Source of the DNA: Blastocystis sp. Blastoise
Lineage: Eukaryota > Protista > Bigyra: Opalinata
Assembly (NCBI GenBank): GCA_039096225.1
Contig: JBBPEB010000013.1
Coordinates: 2,046,001-2,110,000, forward strand
Direction of reading: 5' to 3'
Length of the DNA: 64,000 nt
Position 1 is the first letter of the stretch; each line of letters begins with the position of its first letter. This document shows, in pieces, positions 42,832 to 56,760 of the stretch. The position numbers and the translations under genes were made by a program. The notes beneath the pieces were generated by a model. That model saw only the letters and a program-made list of their open reading frames with translations, made no database searches and was not told the origin of the DNA.

Positions 42832-43934
42832 TTAACAGCATTTCTTCTATATATATATATATATATAATAATTAAGAGTAATAATAAATAAATAATATAT
42901 TATATATATACATTTTTTTGAGGTTTATTAAAATCGATAACATTTTCATTCTTACGAACAATAGCTATAATTCATTAAAAATTATAAAATCTATAGATAT
43001 ATTTATAAATATATACTATTTGTAGAGAGGCAATAATTCGTAATATCAACAAACATCTCATTTATATTGGCTCCAGTTAACGCAGAAACTTCAAAATATT
43101 TTATCCCTAAACATATTTTTTTCTTTATAATATTTTTAAAATATACAAAATTAATAATAACAATAATACTATAATTCTAATATAAAATATAAATAATAAG
43201 AGAGAAGAAATACCTTTATCTGTACAAAACACATCAAGTTGTTCTTTAAAGATCTTTCTGTCATTCACTAAATCTGCTTTATTTGCAGCTAAAACTATAT
43301 AAACATCTCTCATATCACAATTTTTACGCACATCTGCTATCCATCGTTCAACAGTCTATATATATATATATATATAGATAGATAGATAATACATTTAATA
43401 AATTATAATCTATTATTTATTATTACAAACATAAATCATAGATAAAGATATACAGGAAATGGTTCTGGATCAATAACAGACATAACAATAATTGCAGCAC
43501 AAGCATCACGATAATACATAGGCAAAATAGAACGATATCGTTCCTAAATTGAATAATAATATTACATATAAATAAAGAAAATATATAAAAACTGTTTTCC
43601 TAGTTATTCTAGTCATGAAATAAACTTACTTGACCAGCAGTATCCCAAATATCTAATTTTAAAGAGCCAACATCTGTATGTAATGTTCTAAAACATAAAT
43701 AAATAAATAAAAATATATTTGATTCGTTGATACATAGTATAAGAATATAAATGACTTTGATAATTCATAATTAATATACTTTGAAGAGAAGGCAGCACCA
43801 ATTGTACTTTCTGTTCCTTGATTGAATGTATCTCTGACAAATCTTGTAGTTACACTAGTTTTACCTACACTTGTATCTCCAAGAAATACAATTTTAGCTG
43901 TTTTGATTTCTGGATTCACAGTATTTGAGTTCAT
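42832..43934 (-). CDS. Rab GTPase, Rab5/Rab22-like, 7 exons
   Basis: Exons 43934-43780, 43687-43630, 43543-43454, 43355-43214, 43106-43017, 42965-42912, 42846-42832. Motifs GDTSVGKTS, ESTIGAAF, WDTAGQERYRSILPMYYR, NKAD, EVSA and C-terminal KKCC. Confidence 0.93.
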
Positions 43935-45847
43935 ATAATTAAAAAGAACAACAATAAATTAAAAGAACAAACGAACCCTAAAGAAACAAATAGATCCAAC
44001 TACAATTCCTATAGATTTTTGTTTATTTTCATTGTTATTTGTTTATGTTTCACTATAATTTTATGAATTTCCATCTCGTTTCTATCAGAACAAAGTTGTG
44101 TTTTAAAAAAAAGGTTTTATGGCTATTCTCAATTACTTAGTTAAAAAAAAATTCAATTTGTGTTTTCTATGGTTTGGATTATTTAAAACCAATATGATTA
44201 TAAATCATTATATAGCGCAATTCTTAATCTTTCTAAATGGACTGCAACATATATGAAATGTTTTCTAGCTTTAGTCTTTCAGTGCTTTTCATTCCACATT
44301 TTTTGTGAATTGTTGTTGACGATCTCTAGTAGAATCTATAAGTGTCAACTCAGCTGATCTATTGAATGGTAACTCTTAAATACTGTTAGGAATAATTTGT
44401 CATATTTTGAAGTTCACTGTGGTTATTCAATGAATAATACAGCATATGTGCAAGTCTATAGTGATATTTTTAATTTAAGAATAAATCCTATTTGTGAACA
44501 AAAAGTTTTTTAATTATTATGCATGTTAATTATATAATGGAAGTAGTGAAACAACACAATACGATGAACCATCACTCCTACAAGAACTATAAGACTCAAA
44601 AATATATTTTTTTTTGATAATTATGTTGTCCTATTTATTATTCCAAAACAAAAAAGAAATTTATTAGCTATTTCTTATTTTTTTTGTTTTTTGTTTTTAT
44701 TGATATAAATATTTTATTATTTTATTTTTGGTTCATATTATATCCATTGATGAGTATTCACTACCTCCTATCATTTACACACATTCTTTCTATAAAATTT
44801 CAATGATGTTTCTTTCCATTTCAAAATATCTCTTTGAATAAAGTCATAATATTTATTGATAAATCAAGAAGAATGTGAAAGACATATAGCTCTTGAATAT
44901 AAAATTGCCAGATCGTCTTTAAAAAATAATACTTTTTGAAATTGCAGAATTAGTGTTTATATGCTTTATTAACTGTCATATATGTGTTCAAGATGATTTA
45001 AAATGTTTACAAGTTTTTTTTTAAATAAAATTATGAAGAATGAACTATGTAAAGAAGTATTTGAAAATTGATTACATAAATTTCGCGAAATCAATATATA
45101 TATATATACAGCGAATAACAAATACGAAGTTTGAAATATTTTGTGTCTACTATTTAAGAAAGTATTGAAGAAAATTGAATCTTTGAAACCTTTCATGATA
45201 TTTATAATAACAATATATATATAACATGAAAAATATCTTGCTATCATTATAAATTTAACTAAAATAGATATAAATATTGCATATACACTTCTTTTATCCT
45301 TATGGCAATTTAATGTTAATATTGGATCTTAATAGATCTTTTTATTCCATTCAAATCAGAAAAATGTGGATTATCAGTAAATCAAGCTATAACTCCCATT
45401 CTTTATTGATTTAATATCACTTGTTTTTTTAATAATATGTAGAATAGGTGTTTATCTTTTTATTAGTGTATTCTTTGTGACAAGAAGAGAAGTCAGTAAA
45501 TTGAATTTGTTGTTTATATTTATTAGGATAACGATCAGCAATTGCCCATGTTTATCTATATGCATATATGTAATTATTTTTTAAATATATTTGAATAAAA
45601 AGAATAAATCTTTTACATCTTTATTATATTTTTTCTTCAACATTTCTACAAACAGCACATACTACGCTATACTCATCTTAGACCATTATAATACAATAAA
45701 ATATAGCGCATACAGAATCAATTTACAGAGAAACAATTATTTTTTAAATAAAGAAGAAAATGGGAAAATAAATGAATTTTTACTCATGACAAGTATTATT
45801 TCCGTGGTAAACTCGTTTGATGGTAAAATAATTTTTGGGTATAGTAT

Positions 45848-45873
45848 TGGCGGCAAAATAAAAAGGTGGCGAA
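45848..45873. promoter_or_regulatory. Possible E2F-like GC motifs upstream of polymerase alpha
   Basis: ttggcggcaaaa and ggtggcgaaa 50-80 bp before the ATG in otherwise AT-rich DNA. Imperfect match to TTTSSCGC. Confidence 0.3.
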
Positions 45874-45924
45874 ATATTCTTTAAATTTTTGTATTATTTC
45901 TTGTTGGTATTTTTCAATAAAATT

Positions 45925-46888
45925 ATGCAGCGTTCAAGAAGAAATGCTTCTCGTGCACAGAAAGCTAAGGATAGAGTATTTCTGTAGAAGAATATTATAA
46001 TTAATGTTGTTTTAGCTTCAAGAAGATATGAATGAAAGTCTTTATGATGTATATATGTTCAAATACTTTTTCATAAGATTGAACAATCTATAGGAAGGTG
46101 ATGTTTATACTTATGTTGATGATGATGAGTACAGTAAAATTGTACAAGAACGTACGAAGAAGGGTCAGTTTGTTGTAGAAGATGGTATATATATGTTAAT
46201 ATGAATATATAGTATACATACAGTATTTATTGTGTAAAATGTTATTTTTTATGGGATAACGTTGTTATTTCTTTATTTATAGAAGAAGATGGCCATGACT
46301 TGGGTTATTATGATGATGGTGAAGAACATATTTTCGACTCAGTTGAAGATAATCATCAAAGTATATTTATGTTAAATAAGTGATAATTATTTTTTTATGT
46401 ATTATTATTATAAAGATTTTTAAAAATTATATATATATATATATATATTTATTTCTTTGAAATTCATTTAAATACTTTTCTAGAATCTGATGGTTTAAAT
46501 TCCAAACTTTCCAAAAAATTAGCCAAAAAAGGAGTTCAATTAGAGAATGAGAAATTAGATAGCTATCAACATCGAATTGATCAAATGTTCAGTTCCTCCC
46601 GCGGGAATGACACTATTTTATCATCAAGAACACTCAAACAGGAACCTACTAAAAACTTAGAAGAAAGTATATAGAAATTATTATGTTTATATTATATATG
46701 GATAAGATGTTGTGATATTATTATATACTCATATATATATAATGTTATTATGTATATTCTCTAACTATTCTACTGTTATTGATATATATATATATATATA
46801 GGTGAAATAGACAATCTTATAAATGAGCTTGATGACGACGCCGTAACCAATCAAAAAAGCACAAAGAGACCTAGTGTATATATATATA

Positions 46889-46978
<90 letters not shown>

Positions 46979-47224
46979 CATTTTAATTATAATAATTATA
47001 TATTCATTTTCTAGTTATTAGATTATTATTATTATTATACCTATTATTATTATCTACATTATATCATCTATATATATAGATGATGGAAAATTCAGTATTT
47101 ATAGGTAAACAGATAAAAAAAGAGATGAAATCTCCTAAAGAGGAGTCTATAGATATAGATATAGATATAGATACTATTCCTTCTGAAGATGCACCTTTCT
47201 CCTTTGATTCCACTCCTCATATTC

Positions 47225-47258
<34 letters not shown>

Positions 47259-49517
47259 CTATTTAACTATTTAACTATGTATATACATATTTAATTATTT
47301 TTTGTATATATATATCTACTTATTATTTTGTACACATATATACATAACTATATATATATATATATATAATTATTATTTTATACATATATATATAACTATA
47401 TATATATATACATCTATAGCTTCTTCTTCACTGAAAAATACTGAAAATATTTTTCAGGACCTTATTTCAGCATCTAACGTTAAAGAAGAACACAATTCTG
47501 GAGCCGATTTAGATATTTCCATTCAAACTGAAGAACAAAACTCAATTTCATTGGACGAACCTCAAGACACAAAAGACATATCACGTGACGAAAAGGATGG
47601 TATGTAAACTTAATCTATATATAATACATATATATATAATACTTATATATAGAAGATAATAATAATATGAACATAAAACAAGTATATTCTTATATTATAA
47701 ATCAATTACTATTTCTTCTAATAAACTAATATATATATATCTAATATATAATAACTATATAAATATACTATATATATATAGGAAAATGATACCAATATCA
47801 AGAAGAAATTATTTTCAGATCTTTTCAGCGCACCTTCTACTTTGAAGGCGGCAAAAATGGTAGAAATGCCCGTCAAAAAAGATGACACACCCCTCGTCAA
47901 TTCTATTCAATCTCCCATTAAGAAAGAAAAAACTATAGGTATATATATATTTATTTGTTTTTCTTAAGGGAAATTCATTGTTTATATATTTAAATAATAT
48001 ATTCATTATTTTATTTAGTATACACTTATATATATAATATATATATATAGATCTTGCTTCTATTGATTCTGCATTGAATGAAGTACAGTTATCTACTAAT
48101 ACTATTAATACTAATACTATTAATACTACTATTAATAATAAGAAGAATACTCCTGTTTCTACTACAAATGGAATTGATATCTATTGGTATGATCTCTATG
48201 AAGATCCATTTAATCACGGGAATCTGTGTATTTTCGGAAAGATGAAGAAAGATTCCCAATTTGTATCGGTTTGTGTTCGTATAGAAAGTATTGAAAGAGA
48301 ATTATATGTATTACCGCGGGAAAAAGCGAATGGAGAACGATATTCATTTAATGAAGTGAAAAGTGGTATATAGAATTATTTTTATAATAATAATTTTATT
48401 ATATTTTTTATTATTATTTTTATTCATATTTTGAGTATTTTTGTTTATTAATTACATACGTTTATATATATATATATATAGAATTAAGAAGTAAGATAGC
48501 TGCTCTATGTAATAATGATCCGAAATTGAAACTTGGATTCAAAAAAGAAGTAAAAAAATATGCTTTTGAATTACCTAATATTCCAAAAGAAGTATATATA
48601 TATTTATTCATTATCATTTTATATATATATATATAATATATATATATAGACTGAATATGTAATGGCTGTATATCCATTTTCAAAGCCCGTCATTTCTGAA
48701 ACATCAGGAAAAACATATGAATATATATTTGGATTACATACAAGGTATATATATGTATCTATATATTATATATATTATTGATTATATATATTATATATAT
48801 TATTGATTATATATATGTATAGTGCCAGTGAACTATTTCTCTTACAAAATGATTTATCTGGTCCTTCCTATATACATATAAATAACGTCACTGTTTCTAA
48901 CTCTCCTTCTTCCTTTGCAAAACTAGAAGTATATATATATGTAATATATAATATATATAATATAATATATAACATACATAATAAGTATATATTTATACTC
49001 TTATTAAGCTTTATTTATATAAATAATTATATTATTCGATTATATATTTATTATTCAATAAATAATTTCTTCATATTATTATTATGTCTATTCCATATAT
49101 ATATATATATATATATATAGTTTACTGTTCCTTCTATTGATAATATATCCGTACTCCCTCCTTCTCCTTCTCTTCCTATTCCTTCATTAAGGACTATGGC
49201 TATATATATAAGAACAATATATAACCCTAAAACATCACAACAAGATATTATTATGATTAGCGCTGCTATACATGATGTATATATATTATATTATATACTA
49301 TTATATATTATTATATATTATTATATGCTATTATATTATATAGAATGTTTCAATTACAGAGAAAACGAAAAATGAAAGTAATTTAAGGCATTTATCTGTA
49401 TATATATATATATATATATATACTAGATATATACTATACATATAGGTTATTAATACTCCTGAAGGTATAGTATTTCCGCTATCTTTTAAGAATCAAATAA
49501 AAGAAATTAAAAATATT

Positions 49518-49565
<48 letters not shown>

Positions 49566-50055
49566 ATCTATAGAATTAGTAAATAATGAGCGATCCTTAT
49601 TATCTTATTTCCTAAATATATATAAAGTGGAAGATATCGATATGATTATTGGTCACAATTTACAAGCCAACCAATTAGATGTCTTTATTAATAAATGTAA
49701 ACAATATAATATTCCAACTCTTTTTAATTTTGGAAGATTAAAACGAAATATTAAAGTTAAAGTATATATATATATTCTTTTATCCTGTATGATATTGTTA
49801 TTATTATTATATATTTATATTATTATACATTTATATTATTATTATTATTATTATATATTTATATTATTATATATATATATAGTCCTTAAGTAGTAGTCCT
49901 GAATATATAATGCCAATGGTTTTCTCAGGCAGATTAGTTTGTGATGTATATACATTATCACGGGAATTAATAAAAGAATCGGAATATACGTTAACATCAC
50001 TTGCAAAGACACAATTAGACATAAATCGAAATGAAATTGATGATGAAAGAGTATT

Positions 50056-50101
<46 letters not shown>

Positions 50102-50515
50102 TATATAGGTAATATCTATGTTTTCATCTTCGACAGATTTAATTACCTTAATAAAGAATAATATATATGATACTATGATTATATATAAGTTATTATTTCA
50201 TTTACAAATAATTCCATTAACTCATCAAATAACCACGATTAGTGGTAATATTTGGAATAATACACTTAAAGTATATATATATATATATATTATTATTATT
50301 ATTATATATATAGAGTAGTCGAAAAGATCGTGTTGAGTCTTTATTATTACATCAATTTTCTAAATTAAATTATATTGTTCCAGATCCTGTATATATATAT
50401 GTTATTATTATTCTATTAATTATAATATATATATATATATATATAGTTAGTTAAGAAATCACGTGAAAAGAGAAAGTCTGGTTATGAGGGTGGTTTAGTA
50501 TATATATATATATAG

Positions 50516-50548
<33 letters not shown>

Positions 50549-51060
50549 TATTAGATCCTATATCTGGATTATATGATAGTTATATATTAGTGTTAGATTT
50601 CAATTCTTTATATCCTTCAATTATACAGGAGTTTCATATATGTTATACTACTGTAGATAGAAAGAGAGAAGGAGAGAAAGAAGAAGAAGAGAAGAAAGAA
50701 ATAGAAGACAATCAAGAAAATCAAGAGAATAATGACGAAATGACAGAGAATACCACAAATAACCAAGAAAATGGAATTCTTAAAAAAGATATTGAAATAT
50801 ATTTAAATCAATTAAAACATATAAATATGAAAAATTTAAATCTTGCACCCCTTCCTTCTGTTATTCGTTCATTAGTACAGCGTCGACGTGCTGTTAAACA
50901 AGAGTTAAAAAAACCAGAGAATAGTGTTCCAGAGAAACAATCACAATTAAATATAAAACAATTAGCCTTTAAAATTCTTGCTAATTCTATGTATGGTTGT
51001 TTGGGTTATGTAAATAGTCGTTTTCATGCGTCAATTTTAGCTGCTATGATTACCGCAAAG
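45925..51060 (+). CDS. POLA1: DNA polymerase alpha catalytic subunit (family B), intron-rich, 3'-truncated after motif B
   Basis: N-terminal VYTYVDDDEYSKIVQER..FVVED..LGYYDDGEE; YWYDLYED..CIFGK; KKYAFE; NERSLL..IIGHNL; GRLVCD; LTHQITTISGNIW; YEGGLVLDPISGLYD..LDFNSLYPSIIQEF (motif A); KILANSMYGCLG (motif B). No YGDTDS exon or C-terminal zinc-finger region found downstream in the window. Confidence 0.93.
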
Positions 51061-51065
51061 GTATA

Positions 51066-51127
<62 letters not shown>

Positions 51128-51149
51128 GAAGAAGAAGAAGATTAAGAAG

Positions 51150-51209
<60 letters not shown>

Positions 51210-52416
51210 TATGTATACTCTTCGATATTTTGATATATAATAAACATGAAAAAAAAAATAAAAATATAAACAGTTCTATAATCAATGAAAGTATTAACCT
51301 CGTATATCTATATATATGATTAATAATCATAAAAATATAATAAAAATAATAATTATATATAAAAAACAAGAAGATATCAATTACGATAATAAATTAATAT
51401 ACAAATAAAATAATAAAATAATAATAATATAAAATAATAAGTAATTATAATTTAATTAAAATAAATAGTTACAAAACTGACATAAAAGACACAAGAAGCA
51501 CATTGAGGAGTCATCAATTATTCTATACTATAGATTAAAGATAGATGAAATAAATAAAATTAATTTAAAAATATAATTATATACAGAAAGTATTTTTTAT
51601 CCAGTTAAGCCACCTAGGAAAACACAGAACAAGATTTCACCACGAAGGGAGTTTTCTTATCTTTAAAAGACCTAATTCCTATATAAACAAATGAATTAAC
51701 TAAATTAAAATATAAAAAATACTACAAATTTGAAACGATAACATTGTACCTAAATAGGAAATAATGTAACTGAATCAAATATAAACTCATACATCAAGTT
51801 CAATAAAAAAGTAAATAAAAGACCCAGTTTCAATTTTTGCTTTTTCTTTTGAAAGGAAAAAATTACCGTGTTATTGAAAAAAGATTGTCTGAATTTTTTT
51901 TTAACTTTTTTTATAAACATCATAAAACAAGTTTTTTTCTATATATTATAAGTCTAGATGGTCTATTGAATACATATTGACAACTTTTTATTGAAAATAA
52001 GTCAACATTTCCAAACCCATAATGTTAAGAAAACAAGCATAAAAACAGCTCTGCTTGTCAAATAAAGAATCTATAGACTAAATATAAAGTTAAAAACGTC
52101 GTATTAACTCTATATGAGAAGAATAAAGGAAAATAGAAAAATAATATCGACTTAGAATCTATTTTTCTCGTTTTTTAGAAAAAAACCTTCTCTAAACCAC
52201 TTTTTAGAAGTTCAATTTTTTAAAGAAATATTATTGGACTATTTTTAAAATTAGCCAACCAAAATTTGTAAATAGACCACCCTGCCTCAAAGTGTGAATG
52301 AAAAAATTCTATTAAAATTTCACTTTTAAAATACTTTAAAATTTTTCTTTTAGTAAAAATGTTGACAAAGAGAATTTTTGTAAATTATTTTTATGTTTCC
52401 AAAAAATTTTGACACA

Positions 52417-52720
52417 AAAATATGTTATATACATATTTTTATACAAAAAATATATACATATATTTTTTTATATCCACAAAACAAGTAAATATTTTTTAAT
52501 CTCAATTTTTTTATTGGATGATTACATTTTTTTATATTCAAAGAAATAGACAACTACAACAAATTTTGAAAACAAAAATATATTATATACACATTTTTAA
52601 ACATGCAAAAAATATATATATATTTTTAAAACCCACAAAAAATTGTAAATTTTTTTAAGTCGCAATTTATTTATTGGATGGCTATATTATTTTAATATTT
52701 ATAAGAAAATTGACAACAAT
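52417..52720. repeat. Degenerate direct repeat, about 155-160 bp x2, just inside the left 1.08-kb arm
   Basis: Both units contain atatac..ccacaaaa..gtaaat..caattt..ttattggatg..gacaac in the same order. Confidence 0.7.
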
Positions 52721-53576
52721 TTTGTTTAAAAATTACCCAAAACAATAGTTTTTCTAATATTTTGAATTTTTTTTTAAAATTTTCATTTTTTGATAGATTG
52801 ATTTATATATTTTTTTAAATTGGTTAAATTTTTGATATAAATCATTCTGTGCTTCTAAAATATAGAGCAAATAGTCACAATTATCTAGCATTTTCGTTAT
52901 TTTTTAGCCCTATTTTTAATGATATATTTTTATATCTTCTTTCATTATAATTATATGAATAATAAAATTACAAGATTATTTAACAATCATAATAGGTTTG
53001 CTTGATAGTAGCATTCTATCAGCATATAAATATTTCAAAATTTTGATATATTTTTTTAAATTCAATTTTTTGTTAAGACCAACTTTTTGTTTTCTTGATA
53101 TATTATTCAAAATATCAACTTTGACTACTTTTTTAAAAGCTATAGCATTCTTTTTCACATTAATAAAACTTGATTCCAGTGCCTTCCTAACATTTTGTGA
53201 CACTTGCTGTGAATATCACAGAAAATATTTTAAGTTTGAATAAATATGGATAAATATTAAAAAAATCCTTTTTCACTGCAAAAAAATATCGAAAGTGTCA
53301 TACTCTTTTTGAGAATTGTTTTATAGCAAATAAATAAATAAATAAGAAGATTGTTCATGATGATAAAACACGTAGAAATTAATTTATTTTAATGTATAAG
53401 TCACATATAAGTGTTTAATTAATTTTATATTTCATATATATACGATTAAATTTAAAAAGTATCTATTTTTACATTTCTTTAATCACATATATTATATGTT
53501 TATATTTAAATTAATTGTATTTAAAAATTATTAAAATTAGTCTTCAATACCAAAAAGAACTATTATTATTCAAAAT

Positions 53577-55230
53577 ATGAATTATTTATCATCTTTACAA
53601 CTATTTCTTCTAACTATTCTAGTGATTGTAACAATATGGATTACATTATTATTTATAAATGTTTGTTTATCAAATAATAAAGTCTATAAATATAACTACA
53701 GAGATGATAAAGTGTTATACACGCATAGTAAATCAAATGATTATATCCAAATCAATATTACCAATACATCAATATGTATAGTTATATTTAAATATTTTAT
53801 ATAAAATAATATTCACTTAGTGTTAAGCAATGAAACACATTATTTGGCGAAAAAGATAGCCTTAATCATTCAAACTAACAAAATTACAAATTATACACTT
53901 GATATTACTACATTTTTTAATCGAACGTCTCTTTTTGATCAAATATTTATCATTCAAACAGATATAAACAATAATTTTAAGTCTATTAATAATAATAATA
54001 CAATTCGTAATGATTTTTCATTTTCTTATTGTATTTTTCAAAATTTTGATGATTTAGATCATTATGTTTTTATGTTATCTATTTATTATGAAGAAAATTA
54101 TATATTTTATATTGATGACAATGAAATTAATACCCAAATAATAGATAAAATACATCAAATTGGTTAGATGAAACAATATATTCATTAGAAAATAATCAAA
54201 TTGATTTTTTTTCTTGTATAATATTAGAAAATAAGCATTACAAATCATTATCAGGATGTTTAATAATAAAACAAAAATGGAATAGTAAATTATTAACGTA
54301 TACAACAATAAATATAAAATCTCCTTTATTAATGAATACTTTCTTATTTAAAAGATCAAAAGCAATTATTAAATGTTAATCGTTTTATTACAAGAATATA
54401 TTATAATTTAGAAAAGAAATATTTCTTTATCAACATTACCTTTTCAATGATTTTTTTATAATTCTTTAGTAAATAATATAATTTTTGTAATCATTCCTAT
54501 GTTTAAACGAAATACAGCAAAAATAATGTTAGAGAGTTTCTCAATTCAAACATATCATCCAAGTTATGTAATATTTCAGCACAGTCGTCATTATATAGAA
54601 ATACAAGTTTCTGTTTTTAATAATTCAAAATGTCATGTATATTAGTATGATCTAAAAATTGGAATATGAAATATCATACTAGAATATCTGTTTCTTCTAT
54701 TTTTGATACAAAATATATATTTTCAGTTGATGATGATAATTTTATGCAACTTAATAACATATTTCAAGAAGCTAAATCATGATTAAATCAAAATAATAAT
54801 TCTATATATGTAAAGTATAAAATGAATTTTATAAAAAGATTTAAGTGATAAGAAAATGGAAGATATTGTTAATAAAGATGGATCCTATAATCATGGTGGA
54901 TGTACGATTTTTTATTCTCCAGAAAAAGTAAAAATATTACTTAGATATAAGATATATACATATACCTATGGAGAAGATTTAGGTTTAAGTGTAACAAATA
55001 ATATAGAATATAGAACAAAAAGTTATATCATTAATATTCCTACAAAAAATACTAACAAGGGATCAATTCAAATAAAATACTGGACTAATCAAAAAGTATC
55101 AGATTTAAAGACATATAAGGATATTCGTCTACTAGTGAATCTACTCTTAGCAAATCCAATATTTAATTATCATAAACTTTATCATTATTATGCATCTATC
55201 TGTTTTTTCATTATAATTATAAGTTCGTAA
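53577..55230 (+). pseudogene. Type II membrane GT-A (GT2-like) glycosyltransferase pseudogene
   Basis: N-terminal TM, IFYIDD, VIPMFKRNTAKIMLESFSIQT, NWNMKYHTR..YIFSVDDD and TYGEDLGLS. Broken by frameshifts (about 54160 and about 54640) and in-frame TGA codons. Confidence 0.65.
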
Positions 55231-55461
55231 TATCATTGTGAAAAATATATACAATGGCAAATATAATTTTTAAATATAGTCCTTAATATTAATATTATTC
55301 AACTTATTTAAGTTTATTTTATTGTGCTTGAAATTGTATGCATAATTGGTTGTGTTGAAAGGTATAATAGTATAACAGGAACAATTTTTTGTTGCCACCA
55401 ATATTTATTCATAAGAAAAATTAGTAATTAAACGATTTTATGAAATAATTCTTTTCAATTC

Positions 55462-55643
55462 CAGTGCCTTCCCACGTCACTGGACGGAATTGCCACATGG
55501 CAATTGTCACCAAAATTTGTGACAAAATATTTATTTTTGACAGTGTAATTTTATATTTTTATGACTAAGTCTATTTAAGTCTGGCTGAAAGTGACAGTCA
55601 GCCCTTGTCATGGCAACTGTCACAAAAGTGAGGGAAGGCTCTG
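55462..55643. mobile_element. hAT-superfamily MITE, 182 bp, with 8-bp target-site duplication
   Basis: TIRs cagtgccttccc and gggaaggctctg; exact ttcaattc on both sides (55454-55461 and 55644-55651); internal gtgaca/tgtcac motifs. Confidence 0.88.
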
Positions 55644-55807
55644 TTCAATTCTTTATAAATGTATTTTCTAAATTTACATAATTTTGGTGACTTTCTTCAT
55701 ATAAATAATAAAGGAATAAAAACTTTAGATAATTGAAAACAAAAAAGCAAAAGTGCAGATGATTCTAAAATAATAATCATATCATACATATTTTACAAGG
55801 TATTCTA

Positions 55808-55847
<40 letters not shown>

Positions 55848-56609
55848 CATAAAATAGTAATAATGTTTCTATTTGTTTGAGTTTCTATTGTTAATCTTCA
55901 TTAAATGTGATCAGTAATATACATAACATCTAGATAGTATTTTATATAAAGTTTTAATTTTTAGGCTATAAAGTATATATAATTTTTTGTTGTTTTCGTT
56001 ATGCTTTTTTTATAACCATTTATATTTAAACTTATTTTTTGTGACATTTGATTTAAAAACACAAGATTTGTTTTAGCATAATTATTTAGAAATTTTGATA
56101 ATTTATCGTATTATTATCAAAATTTAAGCTTTAATTCAAATAATGTTGTTTATAATTGATATGTGACAATAATGTTAGTTACATAAAAAATAACGCTAGT
56201 TTTAGTTATTTCTAAATATTATAATTTTATAATAAACAAAAATCTTAAAACAATTCTTGTATTTCTTTAGAAAGCTATTTTTTATCATTTTTTAATATTT
56301 TATCATAGAATAAACTTTCTAAAACATCATATATTCTTTATTTTAAATAGATATTCGTTACCATATTAAAGTGTGTAAGAATTTTTTTAGATACCTCTAA
56401 TTAAAACAAATATATGTAAATAATCAGTTAATAATATTTTTACATAGTTTCCAAAACATATAATAAAAATTAGAAAATATTTTTTAATCTTTTAATTACT
56501 GTATATAAAAAATAACATTTTTAAGCTTTAGAAAAAAAATTATTAAAAAAGTTTTTTATGTTCTAATAGTATTCAAAGATTAACAAAAATATAGATTTCA
56601 ACAAAAATA

Positions 56610-56760
56610 AATGCTGATATCATATTATAAATAAATGAATATAATGCTGACGTCACATAAAAAAAATTGATTTTAATGCTGACGTCACATAAAAATTAAT
56701 TGTTTTTAATGCTGACGTCACATAATAAATAAATTTATTTTTATGCTGACGTCATATAAT
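56610..56760. promoter_or_regulatory. Phased array of TGACGTCA (CRE-like) palindromes within atgctgacgtca[c/t]ataa units
   Basis: TGATATCA at 56615; TGACGTCA at 56648, 56680, 56713 and 56747 (spacing 33, 32, 33, 34 bp). Confidence 0.6.

Noticed and set aside
31548-43934. Stop codons created by polyadenylation, as known in Blastocystis
   Set aside because: The bZIP, fucosyltransferase and Rab models all end in genomic TAA; no evidence here.
44760-45540. Possible decayed minus-strand gene between Rab and polymerase alpha
   Set aside because: Multiple stops and no identifiable motif; cannot be supported.
54640-54790. TGA read as Trp (two in-frame TGA where Trp is plausible)
   Set aside because: The same gene has frameshifts and uses TGG, and long intact genes here contain no in-frame TGA. 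TGG-to-TGA decay explains it.
56610-56760. CRISPR-like repeat-spacer array
   Set aside because: Repeats are about 17 bp and spacers 14-17 bp of low-complexity AT; no cas genes; spliceosomal eukaryotic context.
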